The notes under the pieces: generated by a model
Database searches by the model: none
Told to the model about the DNA's origin: nothing
Seen by the model: the letters and a program-made list of their open reading frames with translations, nothing else
Assembly (NCBI GenBank): GCA_963827655.1
Contig: CAWHCF010000031.1
Span: 64,001-128,000, forward strand
Reading direction: 5' to 3'
From: an uncultured Acidobacteriota bacterium
GTDB lineage: Bacteria; Acidobacteriota; UBA6911
Length of the DNA: 64,000 nucleotides
In this document: in pieces, positions 43,696-54,297 of the stretch
How positions within the stretch are numbered: position 1 is the stretch's first letter
Layout of the letters: each line of letters opens with the position of its first letter
Program-made: the position numbers and the translations under genes

Positions 43696-44986
43696 ATGTT
43701 ACAGCATTTGCCACGCAGGTGCGGACCCACAAAATCAGATCGCGACGGCAGCAGCGATTGCCGCAATAGCTGTGATGTTCCGCGCCGAAGGCGGCGCGCA
43801 GCAACCCGGGTCTTCGGCATATGTCGAACATGCCCGGGTCGGCATTCTAGATGGGAATCCTCTCGAGCGACTGGGGATCAGCGCCGGCGAACTCAAAGCA
43901 TCCACGGTTAATCCCACGATTCGCTACGCCGGAATAACGCGGTTTCTCAACAAGACTCGCGCCGTGGTTACCGGTACCCTGGACGACTCCACCGAGCACG
44001 TCCCGAAGGCAATCGATGCTTTGGACAAATATGGAATCAAGGCGACCATCGCGGTCAGCACCTTGCGGGAGCCTATCTCCCGCCTGTGGCCGCGCCTGCG
44101 GCAGGCGGTCGACGCCGGCCACGAGATTGGATCGCATTCACGCCGGCACCAGTGCCAGTGGCCCGACACCGAGTCGTTTTGCCGCGAGGCATACAGTCAG
44201 GACGAGATAGCAGGCTCGCGCGACGATATCCTCGCCCACACCGAGCAGCCGTATGTCTGGACCTGGGTCTATCCCTGCGGTCACTGCGCGGACTACGAGT
44301 TCATTCACCTGAGGCTGAACCGGGCAGGCTACCTGGTGGCGCGCAACTATCCGGACGAGAGGCGAGGCGGCATTCTTGTTCCCGACCTCCAGACGTGGGC
44401 GCTCGACCCCTACAACGCGGCTTTCACCCAGGTGGCGCAGAAAAAAGGAGGAGTTGCGCCGGCGGGCCGGACCGACGTGGCCGATTTGAACGCAAAGTTC
44501 GACGAAGTGTTCAAAGGGGAATCCAGAAGCCCCAGCCGCTCCTTGAATCGAACGGCCGAAGGTGGGATCTATCATTTCATGTCGCACCCGCAGTGGCTCG
44601 ACTACGGAGCGGACAAGTTCTTCGAGCAGCATCTGAGCTACCTGGGCGGTCGATCCGATGTCTGGTATGTCCCTATCGGACCCCTTTATGGGTACCAGAT
44701 CGTGAGAGAGAGCACCGTGGTCAGCCCAATTGGCTCGAAGGAAGGGTGGGAACGCTTCGCCGTTTACAACCGTCTGGATCCGGCGATCTACAATAACAGC
44801 ATCACGCTCGAGTTTCTCGTACCTGCCGCGCGGAAAGTGGAGATTCGATCCGGTGGCAAACCGGTCGTCGAGCGGGCGGGGCAGCTGACCGATCGTTGGA
44901 ACCAGGAGTACTTTCGTCGCGAAGGCGACTCTATTCTGCTCACGATCCGGTCCAACACGATCCTCGAGCTTCGTTCGCCGGAGTGA
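43696..44986 (+). CDS. Polysaccharide deacetylase-like (CE4/NodB) protein, signal region split by a frameshift near 43730
   Basis: TGTLDDS and HEIGSHSRRH motifs, WVYPCG, HFMSHP. GAGGAG RBS before ATG 43696, with hydrophobic IATAAAIAAIAVM in the downstream frame. Confidence 0.75.
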
Positions 44987-44988
44987 TC

Positions 44989-45014
44989 AAAAACCAGGGA
45001 CGTCCCTGGTTTTT
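44989..45014. terminator. Probable bidirectional terminator between convergent genes
   Basis: Perfect 26-bp palindrome AAAAACCAGGGACGTCCCTGGTTTTT with T-tracts on both strands. Confidence 0.7.
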
Positions 45015-46933
45015 CAGACGAGATAATCCACGACCGCTTCGGCAAACTCGCCCAGAGGTTGGCCATTGATCGAGGCCCATAGGCCGAGGACATCGCGGCG
45101 GCGTACAGGAGTTGCCGGCGCCGTAGCCTGAAGGCGAATCGCCCCTTCACTTCGAGGAGGAATTTTCACTTCATCTCTAGCGGCTCCGGCCTTCCATCCT
45201 TTCGGAAGATTCAGTGTAACGCGGGCGCGCATGGCGCTCTTATGATGGTTCATGATGCGGGCCTCGATTTCCACTGCCGCTCCTGGAAGCGCCTTCTGCC
45301 GGTACGGATAGGCGCGGATCCAGCTCGGATCGGTTCCGAAGTTCACGTCGTCATGCGGGAAGAGCTTTTGATACAGACGTTCGCGTTCCTGGAACAGGGC
45401 TAGACTTTTTTCGAGATATTCGGCCGAGACCGGCAAGGGTCCCCAATGGGCGGCCATCAGGATGTCGGGTTTGACTTCCAGGAGTATCTTGAAGCACTTC
45501 TCATATCCGACATCACGTCCGGAAAAACAGCGGTTCTGGCTGCAGTAGTCGTCCACACCCCAATTAGCGAACGAGTCGCCGGTAAAAAACACTTTGAAGC
45601 CATTCTTTTCCGCCAGCAAACCCGTGTGATACAGAGTCTGCCCGGGAAAATGGTACGCAGTCAGGCGGAAATCTTTCCATTGGATCGTTTCACCATGTTC
45701 CATAGATCGGTCGACCCGGATCGACTCGGGAAAAAGACAGGGCATCTGGTAGGCTGTGGGATTCTCGATGATGTCAACCATCTCGCGTTGCACGTAAACC
45801 TTCGTTCCAAAACGGCGCCGGGCGGCATTCACGAATTCGGTATGATCATCGTGATAGTGAGTAATCCAGACTCCGTCGACCGACTTGATCTCACCGGCAG
45901 CCTTCAGCCGCTCCAACTCTTCGATCGCCGTGTGGTGCCCGCAGTCGGAGATGAAGATTGATTTATCCTCGGCGACGATCGCCTTGGTCGTAGAAGCGAT
46001 GTGCCGGACCCAATCAGGATAAGGAACTCGCGGTAGTGGCGCCATCATCGGATGCCGGTCCTTGGGATAAATTCCCGCGAAATAGATGCGCCAGGCAGCC
46101 GTTTTCATGTAGTTGTCCATGACGGCGTCCAGGTTTTTCTTGAGTTGGGCCACTGCAGCCGCAGGATCGGTCATGACGACGCCGTGCGACGGAATCAGCA
46201 AATCAGGCTTTTTCTCGAGCACGCGGTCCAGGCTGGACTTGACCTCCTCCACGGCGCCGCCGAAGCCCCAGTAATCTCCTCGCATTCCCGGAAACCGTTT
46301 CTGGAGGCTGTAAATCTCCCAGATCTGGCCGGGCCCGAATAGGAGGTCGCCGGTGAAAGCCACGCGCTTGCCTTCGAACTCCACGAGGTACGTTATTGAG
46401 CCTTCGGTGTGTCCGGGCGTATCGATGACTTCGAATTTCAGGCCTTCCCAGTCGTGAGTATCACCTCCCTTTACAGCGTGCGAGACCTGGACAGATTCTC
46501 TCAAGGTAAAAAGATGCGGCCTGAAGTTGTAACGATGATCCAGGATGCCGTCCGCCGAAGCCCAGAACCCGTCCGCGTCTGAAAAGAAATGCATCTCCTG
46601 GGCGGGGACGACCAGCTTGGAACCCGATGCAGCCAGGCGTGAAGCTCCGGATGCCTGGTCCCGGTGGTGATGAGTAAAGAGGACGCGTTCGGCCACGCCA
46701 CCGCCTGGGGTGGAAACAAGTTCCCCTGAATCGACCAGCAGTTTCTTTCCGTTACGTTCCAGAACGGCCGTATTTACCGATGCCTTGATCAGGCGCAGTC
46801 CGGGCAGGATCTGTTCGGTCCCCGGGGGAGCGCCGGCCGCCCTCTGAAAGATGGGTTCGCCAAGGCGGAGCAGGGGCGTGAGCGCAGCCAGCTGCAAAAA
46901 TCCTCGGCGGGACCAGGTTAGATTGTTTTCCAT
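45014..46933 (-). CDS. Tat-exported tandem metallo-beta-lactamase-fold hydrolase
   Basis: SRRGFL twin-arginine signal, first domain THHHRDQ...TPGHT...FTGD, second THYHDDH...PGQT...FTGD, Ig-like C-terminus. Confidence 0.85.
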   Translation of the reverse strand: MENNLTWSRRGFLQLAALTPLLRLGEPIFQRAAGAPPGTEQILPGLRLIKASVNTAVLERNGKKLLVDSGELVSTPGGGVAERVLFTHHHRDQASGASRLAASGSKLVVPAQEMHFFSDADGFWASADGILDHRYNFRPHLFTLRESVQVSHAVKGGDTHDWEGLKFEVIDTPGHTEGSITYLVEFEGKRVAFTGDLLFGPGQIWEIYSLQKRFPGMRGDYWGFGGAVEEVKSSLDRVLEKKPDLLIPSHGVVMTDPAAAVAQLKKNLDAVMDNYMKTAAWRIYFAGIYPKDRHPMMAPLPRVPYPDWVRHIASTTKAIVAEDKSIFISDCGHHTAIEELERLKAAGEIKSVDGVWITHYHDDHTEFVNAARRRFGTKVYVQREMVDIIENPTAYQMPCLFPESIRVDRSMEHGETIQWKDFRLTAYHFPGQTLYHTGLLAEKNGFKVFFTGDSFANWGVDDYCSQNRCFSGRDVGYEKCFKILLEVKPDILMAAHWGPLPVSAEYLEKSLALFQERERLYQKLFPHDDVNFGTDPSWIRAYPYRQKALPGAAVEIEARIMNHHKSAMRARVTLNLPKGWKAGAARDEVKIPPRSEGAIRLQATAPATPVRRRDVLGLWASINGQPLGEFAEAVVDYLV

Positions 46934-46988
46934 TGTCAAAGCTGTCCGCGTTGTTGCGTGTTTCAGCGCCAGGTCACGAAGATCGCCG

Positions 46989-48672
46989 TCACTCGAGATC
47001 TTTTTCCCCTTCGGTGTGCCGGTAGAGACGATCGGCGGGCAGATTCTCGAAGTGTTCTTTTAATCCTGACGGCCAACGAATGTCGATCTGGTCGACTTGC
47101 GATGCAGAACCCAGGCCGAAGTGCAGTGTCAGCTCATTCTGCGAGCAGTAACTGCTTCCTGCTTTCACCTCGCCGGTCTGCTTCCGGCCCTGAACGGTGA
47201 TGGTGGCTCGAGCGCCGACCGCATCTCGGTTGCTTTTCTTCCCTTTCAAACTGAACCTGAACCAATGCCTTCGGTTGCCCCCATCATTTAGCAACACCGT
47301 AGGCGTATCGTCAATGTTGCTGATCACGAGATCGAGATCGCCGTCGTTGTCCAGATCTGCATAGGCGCCGCCGCGGCCGCACTTGGGCGTCTGGAGACTG
47401 GCGCCGGAGCTCAGCCCGATCTCCCTGAAGGTACCGTTTCCCACGTTATCGAAAAGGAGGGTGCGCTGCCGGTAAGTCGTGTTCAGTGGAAAGCGATCGA
47501 CCTGCGGGTAGACGTGGCCGTTCACTACATAGATATCGCGATCGCTGTCGTTGTCGAAATCGAAAAAGCCCGTCGCCCAGGCGAGGGTGTTCCAGGTAGG
47601 TTCGAAAAGGCCGGCCTTCCGAGTGACGTCGCGAAAAGAGTCGCGTCCCTCGTTCCGGTAGAGCGTGTCGGAATCATCCGAGAAGTTGGTTCGGTAGAGA
47701 TCGAGCTTTCCGTCCCCATCGTAATCCGCCAGGTCGACCCCCATGCTCGCCTGCTCCTTGCCGTCTTCGTTTACGGCGGTGCCGGACAGGAGTCCGATCT
47801 CGGTAAATCGATTGTTTCCCTCGTTCCTGTAGAGATAGCTCGGAACAGCGTCATTGGCGACATAAAGGTCGGGATCCCCGTCATCGTCGTAATCCCCCCA
47901 GACGACCCCCAGCCCGTAATATGCGCTTTCATCAGCCACCCCGGCCGTCTTGCGCGACTTCGGTAAACGTCCCATCGCCGTTGTTATGATAGAGCGAATC
48001 GGGCGCCCCTTTGAGCCCACGGGGTCCACACATGACGGGGATTCCGCGATACTGGCAGTATTTGCTTCCTTCCGGCAGCTGCGGCAGATTTTTCAGATCA
48101 ATGGCCACGTAGTTGGCGACGAAGAGATCGACATAACCGTCTCGATCGTAATCACCCCACGCGGCGCCGGTTGACCAGCGCCTGTCGCCGACACCGGCCT
48201 TTTCGGTCACGTCGCTGAAGGTTCCGTTACCGTTGTTTCTATAGAGGGTGTTTCGGCCGAAGTTGGTGACGTACAGATCAGTCCAGCCGTCATTATCGTA
48301 GTCAGCGGCGCATCCGCCCATTCCCCAGCCGGTATCGCCCACCCCGGCCTTGGTCGTAACGTCCTCGAAGCGGCCGCCGCCCAGATTGTGAAACAGCGCA
48401 TCGCCCACCGGAGCCGCTTTACCCTCCAGGATCTCGAGCGTGGAGCCATTGACCAGGTAGACATCAATGAGTCCGTCGTTGTCGTAGTCGAAAAGGACCA
48501 CGCCGCCGCTCATCGTATCGAAAATATATTTCTTTTCCTTCGATCCGCCCACGTGCTGGAAATGGATTCCGGAAGTGTTCGAAACATCGCGAAAGGAAAT
48601 CACCTCAGCAGGAACATTATTCAGGAATAAGGGAAGAAAGACGAAAACGAGATATGTAAGTGTTCGGATCAA
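46989..48672 (-). CDS. CRTAC1-family FG-GAP/ASPIC-UnbV protein, frameshift near 47952
   Basis: Repeated DYDNDG/DYDRDG/DLDNDG calcium blades, LYRNNGNGTF, C-terminal GSSYCSQ...LHFGLG...IRWPSG. Start uncertain. Confidence 0.88.
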
Positions 48673-48760
48673 AGTGAGGTTTAGTGTCTTCGAGTCCTGG
48701 TGGTTAAAGCGGCGGAACAAAACCAACCTCCAAGACTCGAAGACTCGAAGAGACGCATTT

Positions 48761-50423
48761 TCAGATCTTCCGCCACCCCGGACCGCGCAGCACTTTGCCG
48801 GGCAGCGCGCCGGTCTGCTTGCCGTTGTCCAGAACCACCTCGCCGTTCACAATCACGTACGGGATGCCGATTGGATACTGCTGGGGATTCTCGAAGGTCG
48901 CCTTGTCGGCTACGGTATTCGGATCGAAGAGCGCTACGTCCGCCCAGTAACCCACTTTAAGCAAACCGCGATCGGAGATGTTGATCTTCCCGGCGTTCAT
49001 ACTGGTCATTTTCTTGACGGCATCGGCCAGCGTGATCACCTTCAGCTCTCGCACATAGCGGCCAAGCACGCGCGGGAAGGTCCCATACCAGCGCGGATGC
49101 GGATGCATGTTGCCGCGGGGGCCATGGGGACTGACGGCCGAGCCGTCGGAGCCGATCGAGACGAACGACTGCTTGAGCGCGAACTGCATGTCCGGCTCCG
49201 AGTGGTGGAAGTACACGGTCCGGACGCCGCCGTTTTCCTCCAGCAGCACGTCGAAGAGCACATCGACGCCATCGCCTCCTCGCGCCTTGATCAGGTCGCT
49301 CATCCGCTTTCCGACGAATGGCTTGTTCTTCGGATTCGACAGGTTCACCAGCAACATGGCGCTCCAGTCTCCTCCCACGGCCAGGTAGTGGTTGTACCAG
49401 TCAGGCAGGCCGTTCAGGATATCCTGTTTCATCCGGGCGCGCATCTTGGGATCCTTCAACCGGTCGAGCATCTTCTCGTTGCCGCCATCGTGCGCCCAGG
49501 GAGGAATGATCGCGCGCAGGTCATTCTGTCCGGCAGTGTAGGGGTACACATGAGCGCGGATATCATGTTTCTCGGAGCGGGCCTTCTCGATCATCGCGAC
49601 GACTTCCTTCATCCGGCCCCAGAGCTTCTTGTCCGCGATTTTCAGGTGAATCACGTCCACGCGAATGCCGGCGCCCTTGCCGACGTTGATCGCTTCCTCG
49701 ACCGAGCGAAATACACCGGCGCCTTCATCACGGATGTGGGTGGAATAGATTCCGCCGTAATGCCGGGCCACCTTGGCCAGCTCAATCAACTGCGCGGTGG
49801 TGATCAGGTTGGATGGCGGCATCAGCAGTGAGGTAGCAAGGCCCATCGCCCCCTCCTGCATGGCCTTTTCAACCTCCTTCTCCATGGCCTTCATGTCGGC
49901 GGGAGTGGCCGGCGTCAGGTCGAAGCCTTTGACGTAGGTCCAGATCTGAGTCTGCCCGACGTAGGAGCATATGTTAGGGGCGACGCCCTTTTTCTCGACG
50001 TAATCGAAGTAACCGCCCAGCGTAGTCCAGGGCCGGTCTTTCCCGCGGTCACCGCTGCGCCCGCCTCGGCTTCCTCCTGGCCGTACCGGGCCCGCCGAGC
50101 CCCCTTCGCCCAGCACCATGGTGGTGACCCCCTGACGGATCATGCTCTCGCACTTGGGCTCATCGAGCAGCGTGTCGTCGGAGTGGTTGTGCATGTCGAT
50201 GAACCCGGGCGCAACCACCAGGCCGGCCGCATCAATCTTGCGCTTGGCGGGCGCCTTGCTGAGGTCCCCGATGGCGGCGATCTTGCCGTCCCGGATGCCG
50301 ATATCCGCGCGCCGGCCCTCACGTGCCCGAGCCGTCGATCACCGTCCCATTGGCAACGACCAGATCAAACGATTCCTGCGCTGAAAGAGAAACAGTGAAA
50401 GCAAGTAAGATCAAGAAAAGCAT
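48761..50423 (-). CDS. Exported N-acyl-D-amino-acid deacylase (D-aminoacylase) family amidohydrolase, frameshift near 50321
   Basis: Signal peptide + FDLVVANGTVIDGSG, then ADIGIRDGKIAAIG, APGFIDMHNHSD, STHIRDEG, IGSDG, HPRWYGTFPRVLG. Confidence 0.88.
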
Positions 50424-50428
50424 GGCTG

Positions 50429-51610
50429 TCACCTCGCGAGAGCGGACTGGCGTAAAGACGCGAACACCTTCTTTGCGTTACCGTTGTAAATCTTCTGCAG
50501 GACTTCGTCGGGCAGTTTCAATCCGAAGGTTGGCCCCCAGGTGCGCCGAGTGTCGATCAGGTCATCATCGGTCTCAAGGGTTCGGAAGTAGCCCTCGTAC
50601 ATGCTCTGGCCGATGGGTGCGTCGGTGCCGAACAGGATCCTATCCTGATATCTGGCGGCGAACTTTCGGCCGCTGTTCGGCTTGGAGGGCAGCGTCCAGC
50701 TTCGGGCGCCCATTTCGACCATCATATTCGGATACTTGTCGAGTAGTGCGCCCAGCGCACCCAGGTCGTGCTCCATGCTGGCGTAGTGCAAAGCCACGAA
50801 GGTCGTCTTCTTGTGCCGCTCCACGATATCGTTCCGCTGCTGCATCAGTTCCTCGTGCGTGAATCGCCTGGTGCCGGTGTGATCGTCGCCGTAAAACCAC
50901 CAGTGTGGTGAGCGCAGGAGGTTGGGGTAGGTCTCGTTCCGCTCGTCCCACGGCTTGAAGAAGCCGATGGGGTCTGCCGTGTGGATGAACACAGGCATGC
51001 CGAGGTCGCCCGCCTTGGCCCAGATTGAATCCAGACGCCGATCGTTGACGGCGACGTATTTTCCCCCTTTCTCCTTTACGTAGCAGCCCAGGTCCTTCGT
51101 GATCTTGAGGCCGCGTGCGCCCATGCGGTGTGCTTCTTCGAGCGCGCGCGTCTGGTTGGCCGAGAAATCCGGCTCGTCGATCCTGCTGAAGTCGAGCTGG
51201 GTACAGACGACAAAGCGCCCCTGGTATCGATCCTGCAGGTGCTTGAGATTCTGCTGCAGCTGATCTCCCCATCCGCCGGTCAGCGCGACGACAGTGCGGA
51301 CGTTAGCGGCATCCATCTCCCCGACTGCTTTGGCGATTGCCTGCTCGTTGCCGTCATAGGCGATGTGGTTGTGCACGTCCACGACGGGAAATTTGGCGCG
51401 CGGGACGCGCGTCGCCTGAACTATGTCGGAGCGTTCGGGCCTCCAGTCCTGGATTCTGAGTTCGCTGTGCTGCGATTTCATCCGCTCCGCCCAGGCCTTG
51501 AATTCCGGAGTAGCGCCATAGCGCTGAGCTTGAGCCAGCAAAAGAGCCGCTGCTGCCAGCAACAGAACAAGTAAGACTGAGCCCAACACTCTCATTCGAA
51601 CCCTCCTCAT
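50429..51610 (-). CDS. Exported amidohydrolase-2 family protein
   Basis: Signal peptide, VVDVHNH, GARGLK, PVFIHTADP, FVALH, RILFGTD, KIYNGNA. Confidence 0.85.
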   Translation of the reverse strand: MRRVRMRVLGSVLLVLLLAAAALLLAQAQRYGATPEFKAWAERMKSQHSELRIQDWRPERSDIVQATRVPRAKFPVVDVHNHIAYDGNEQAIAKAVGEMDAANVRTVVALTGGWGDQLQQNLKHLQDRYQGRFVVCTQLDFSRIDEPDFSANQTRALEEAHRMGARGLKITKDLGCYVKEKGGKYVAVNDRRLDSIWAKAGDLGMPVFIHTADPIGFFKPWDERNETYPNLLRSPHWWFYGDDHTGTRRFTHEELMQQRNDIVERHKKTTFVALHYASMEHDLGALGALLDKYPNMMVEMGARSWTLPSKPNSGRKFAARYQDRILFGTDAPIGQSMYEGYFRTLETDDDLIDTRRTWGPTFGLKLPDEVLQKIYNGNAKKVFASLRQSALAR

Positions 51611-51669
51611 TGTTGTCTTCGCGGTTAGTGCGGTCTAGCGGATACCACCAAGACTCGAAGACTCTAAGT

Positions 51670-53187
51670 CTAAGGCGCCGGATCGTCAACCAGGAGACGG
51701 CTGAATTGTTTCTCGTTGATCAGCCGGGCGATCATCTCGACGTCGGGAGTCACTTCTCGATCATTATGCAGCGGCGGAACGTGTTCGCGCACCAGCGCCA
51801 AGGCTCTTCGCGTCCCCTCGCCTGGTTCCAGTGGTTTGCGGAACTCCATCGCCTGGCAAGCGGCGAGAATCTCGCCCGCGATTACGGTCGCCACGTTGTC
51901 GACCAGGGATTTGAGTTTCAAGGCCGAGGTCATCCCCATCGAGACATGGTCTTCCTTGTTGGCCGAGGTCGGAATGCTGTCCACCGACGCCGGATGTGCC
52001 AGGATCTTGTTCTCGGATACAAGGGCTGCCGACATGACTTGAAGCATCATGTATCCGGAAGAAAGCCCGGGGTTGCGGGAGAGGAAGGGAGGGAGGCCGC
52101 TCAGGTCGGGATTGACCAGGCGCTCTAAACGTCTTTCGGAAATGCTGGCAAGATCGGCGAGAGCAAGGGCGGCATAATCAAGCGCGTAGGCGAGGGGCGC
52201 GCCATGGAAGTTTCCGCCGGATAGAATTTCTCCGTCCTCAGGAATGACCAGTGGATTATCGGTGGCGCTGTTAATCTCGCGCTCGAGTATTTCGCGCACG
52301 TGCGCCAGAGCGTCCCGCACGGCGCCGTGGACTTGCGGTATGCAACGGAGCGAGTAAGCGTCCTGCAAGCGTCCGCAATCTCTGTGCGATTCCACGATCG
52401 CGCTCCCACGCAGCAGCCGGAGAATGTTAGCCGCGGTCTGTTGCTGCCCCGGGTGCGGCCTCAGGCGGTGGATCCGAGAGTCGCTCGCGGCCGGCGTTCC
52501 TAAAAGCACCTCCAGAGAAAGGGATCCGGCCACATCCGCGGTTTCGATCAGGGTCAGCGCGCGATTGACAGCCAGTCCGCCGACGGCAGTCATGAATTGC
52601 GTCCCGTTCAGCAGCGCCAGTCCTTCCTTGGCCTGCAGCTCGAGGAGAGCGATTCCCGCCCGGCGCATGGCTTCGGCGCCTGGAAGGCGCTCGTCTTGAT
52701 AAACGGCCTCGCCGGCGCCGATTAAAACCAGCGCCATATGGGCCGACGGGGCGAGGTCGCCGCTGGCGCCGACTGATCCCCGCGAAGGAACTACCGGATG
52801 AACGCGGCGATTCAACATTTCTATCAAGGTTTCAATCACCACAGGCCGCACACCGGAAAAACCTTTCGCCAGGGTATTGGCGCGCAGCAACAGCGCCGCC
52901 CGAACTTCCCGTTGTTCGAGCAGCTCACCAACACCGGAGGCGTGGCTGCGCAGGAGGTTGATCTGGAGTTGCTGGAGTTCATCGGGACGTATCCGGATTT
53001 CGCTGAGCTTGCCGAAACCGGTAGTCACGCCATAGATGACCGCACCGTTTTCCAGGGCACGGTCTATGACTCGGCGGGAGGCGGCCACTCTCGCTCGCGC
53101 CTCTGGAGAAAGGGCAATGGCCGCGTCATCGCGGGCGACCCGAACGACTGATTCCAGCGACAAAGAGTTGCCGTCGATTACGATCAT
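51670..53187 (-). CDS. hutH: Histidine ammonia-lyase
   Basis: YGVTTGFG, LLRSHA (Ser-His HAL specificity pair), MIO-forming GSVGASGDL, KEGLALLNGT, QDAYSLRC, GGNFHG, NKEDHVSMG. Confidence 0.93.
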   Translation of the reverse strand: MIVIDGNSLSLESVVRVARDDAAIALSPEARARVAASRRVIDRALENGAVIYGVTTGFGKLSEIRIRPDELQQLQINLLRSHASGVGELLEQREVRAALLLRANTLAKGFSGVRPVVIETLIEMLNRRVHPVVPSRGSVGASGDLAPSAHMALVLIGAGEAVYQDERLPGAEAMRRAGIALLELQAKEGLALLNGTQFMTAVGGLAVNRALTLIETADVAGSLSLEVLLGTPAASDSRIHRLRPHPGQQQTAANILRLLRGSAIVESHRDCGRLQDAYSLRCIPQVHGAVRDALAHVREILEREINSATDNPLVIPEDGEILSGGNFHGAPLAYALDYAALALADLASISERRLERLVNPDLSGLPPFLSRNPGLSSGYMMLQVMSAALVSENKILAHPASVDSIPTSANKEDHVSMGMTSALKLKSLVDNVATVIAGEILAACQAMEFRKPLEPGEGTRRALALVREHVPPLHNDREVTPDVEMIARLINEKQFSRLLVDDPAP

Positions 53188-53294
53188 GCGCACCGCTGCT
53201 CCGGTGTCGGGGCTTCGCAACCCTTAGCGTCTTCGTGCGCTTCGTGGTGGAACAAGCAACACTATGACGCGAGGACACGAAGAAACACCAGGAA

Positions 53295-54254
53295 TCATTC
53301 GCCCATCCAGAGCGAGAAACTCCACCTTGATGGCTCGGCGAATCGTAGCACGGTGTGACGGTCGATGCCGTGGAAGATCGCGATGCAAAAGAGTCCGATT
53401 GTGAGCCAGAGCGCAACCCGCTGAGGCGTCGAATTCCAGCGACGCGGAATTGCAGTCAGAAGATGGTACAGAATCCAACACTCCAGCGCGAAAGGTGGAA
53501 AACCAAGGAAGCCGAGGAGAGGCATTTCAAAGATTCTCCAGTCACCGAAGAACGGGACCGAGTAAATCCATTTTCCACCCGCCCAAAAATTCCAGAACTC
53601 CCACATCAAACCGCAAGTAAGACCGCCCAGCAGCAGGCTCCAGACTCTGCGGCGGTCTCCGGACCATATCGACAGAGAAAGGCTGCGGATGCCGAATTTT
53701 TCCAGCAGCGGATCCAGGAGAAAAATGGGCCCAAGCCAGACAGTCGGGAAAAAGAAGCGGGGCGATACCAGCGGAGCCACGCTCAGGATCACTCCAAGAA
53801 TCAGGAAAATCGACGATTGAGTAGACGAGGGCTTCGCTTCGAGCGATTCATATTCGGAAGCGGCAGGCCCCGTCCGGCGGAAAAACAGCGTATCGAATAG
53901 ATCAGCAGTAATGAAGATCCCCGGCAAGACGGTGGCGAATGCGACGGAATAGCCGGGCCAGCGCACCCACAGTTGCCCGGGAACGCCGCTGTAAGCCCAG
54001 TTTCGAATGCTCAGGTTGTAGCCTTCAAAAAGGAGCCATATCGCGACCGAAAGGGGCAGCATGCTCCAGAGTTCGCGCCTGCGTCCGACTATCAAAGACC
54101 GGCCCCGAAGCTTGAGCAGAAGATTGTCGGCCAGGAGAATGTACGACCACCAGGCGAAACAGTAAAACCAGGAGTAAAAGGGCTCGATTCTCCGGAAAAG
54201 GAAGTACTCGGAGGTCAGAAGCAGCAGCAGTCCGAACCAACCGTAAGCTCTCAT
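53295..54254 (-). CDS. Polytopic membrane protein of unknown function with internal duplication
   Basis: About 9 hydrophobic segments. Repeated W-x-x-(F/W)E-x-x-N...W-x-Y motif. Confidence 0.75.
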   Translation of the reverse strand: MRAYGWFGLLLLLTSEYFLFRRIEPFYSWFYCFAWWSYILLADNLLLKLRGRSLIVGRRRELWSMLPLSVAIWLLFEGYNLSIRNWAYSGVPGQLWVRWPGYSVAFATVLPGIFITADLFDTLFFRRTGPAASEYESLEAKPSSTQSSIFLILGVILSVAPLVSPRFFFPTVWLGPIFLLDPLLEKFGIRSLSLSIWSGDRRRVWSLLLGGLTCGLMWEFWNFWAGGKWIYSVPFFGDWRIFEMPLLGFLGFPPFALECWILYHLLTAIPRRWNSTPQRVALWLTIGLFCIAIFHGIDRHTVLRFAEPSRWSFSLWMGE

Positions 54255-54297
54255 TCTCGTCTATGTGGCGGGATTTCTCTTCAATGCTCGCCGCTGT

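Noticed and set aside
45014-46933. Antibiotic-resistance beta-lactamase
   Set aside because: The MBL fold alone is not diagnostic; the size, tandem domains and altered ligands do not match class B beta-lactamases.
50318-50323. TGA in the D-aminoacylase N-terminus as selenocysteine or readthrough
   Set aside because: The protein continues in a different frame, so this is an indel rather than an in-frame stop.
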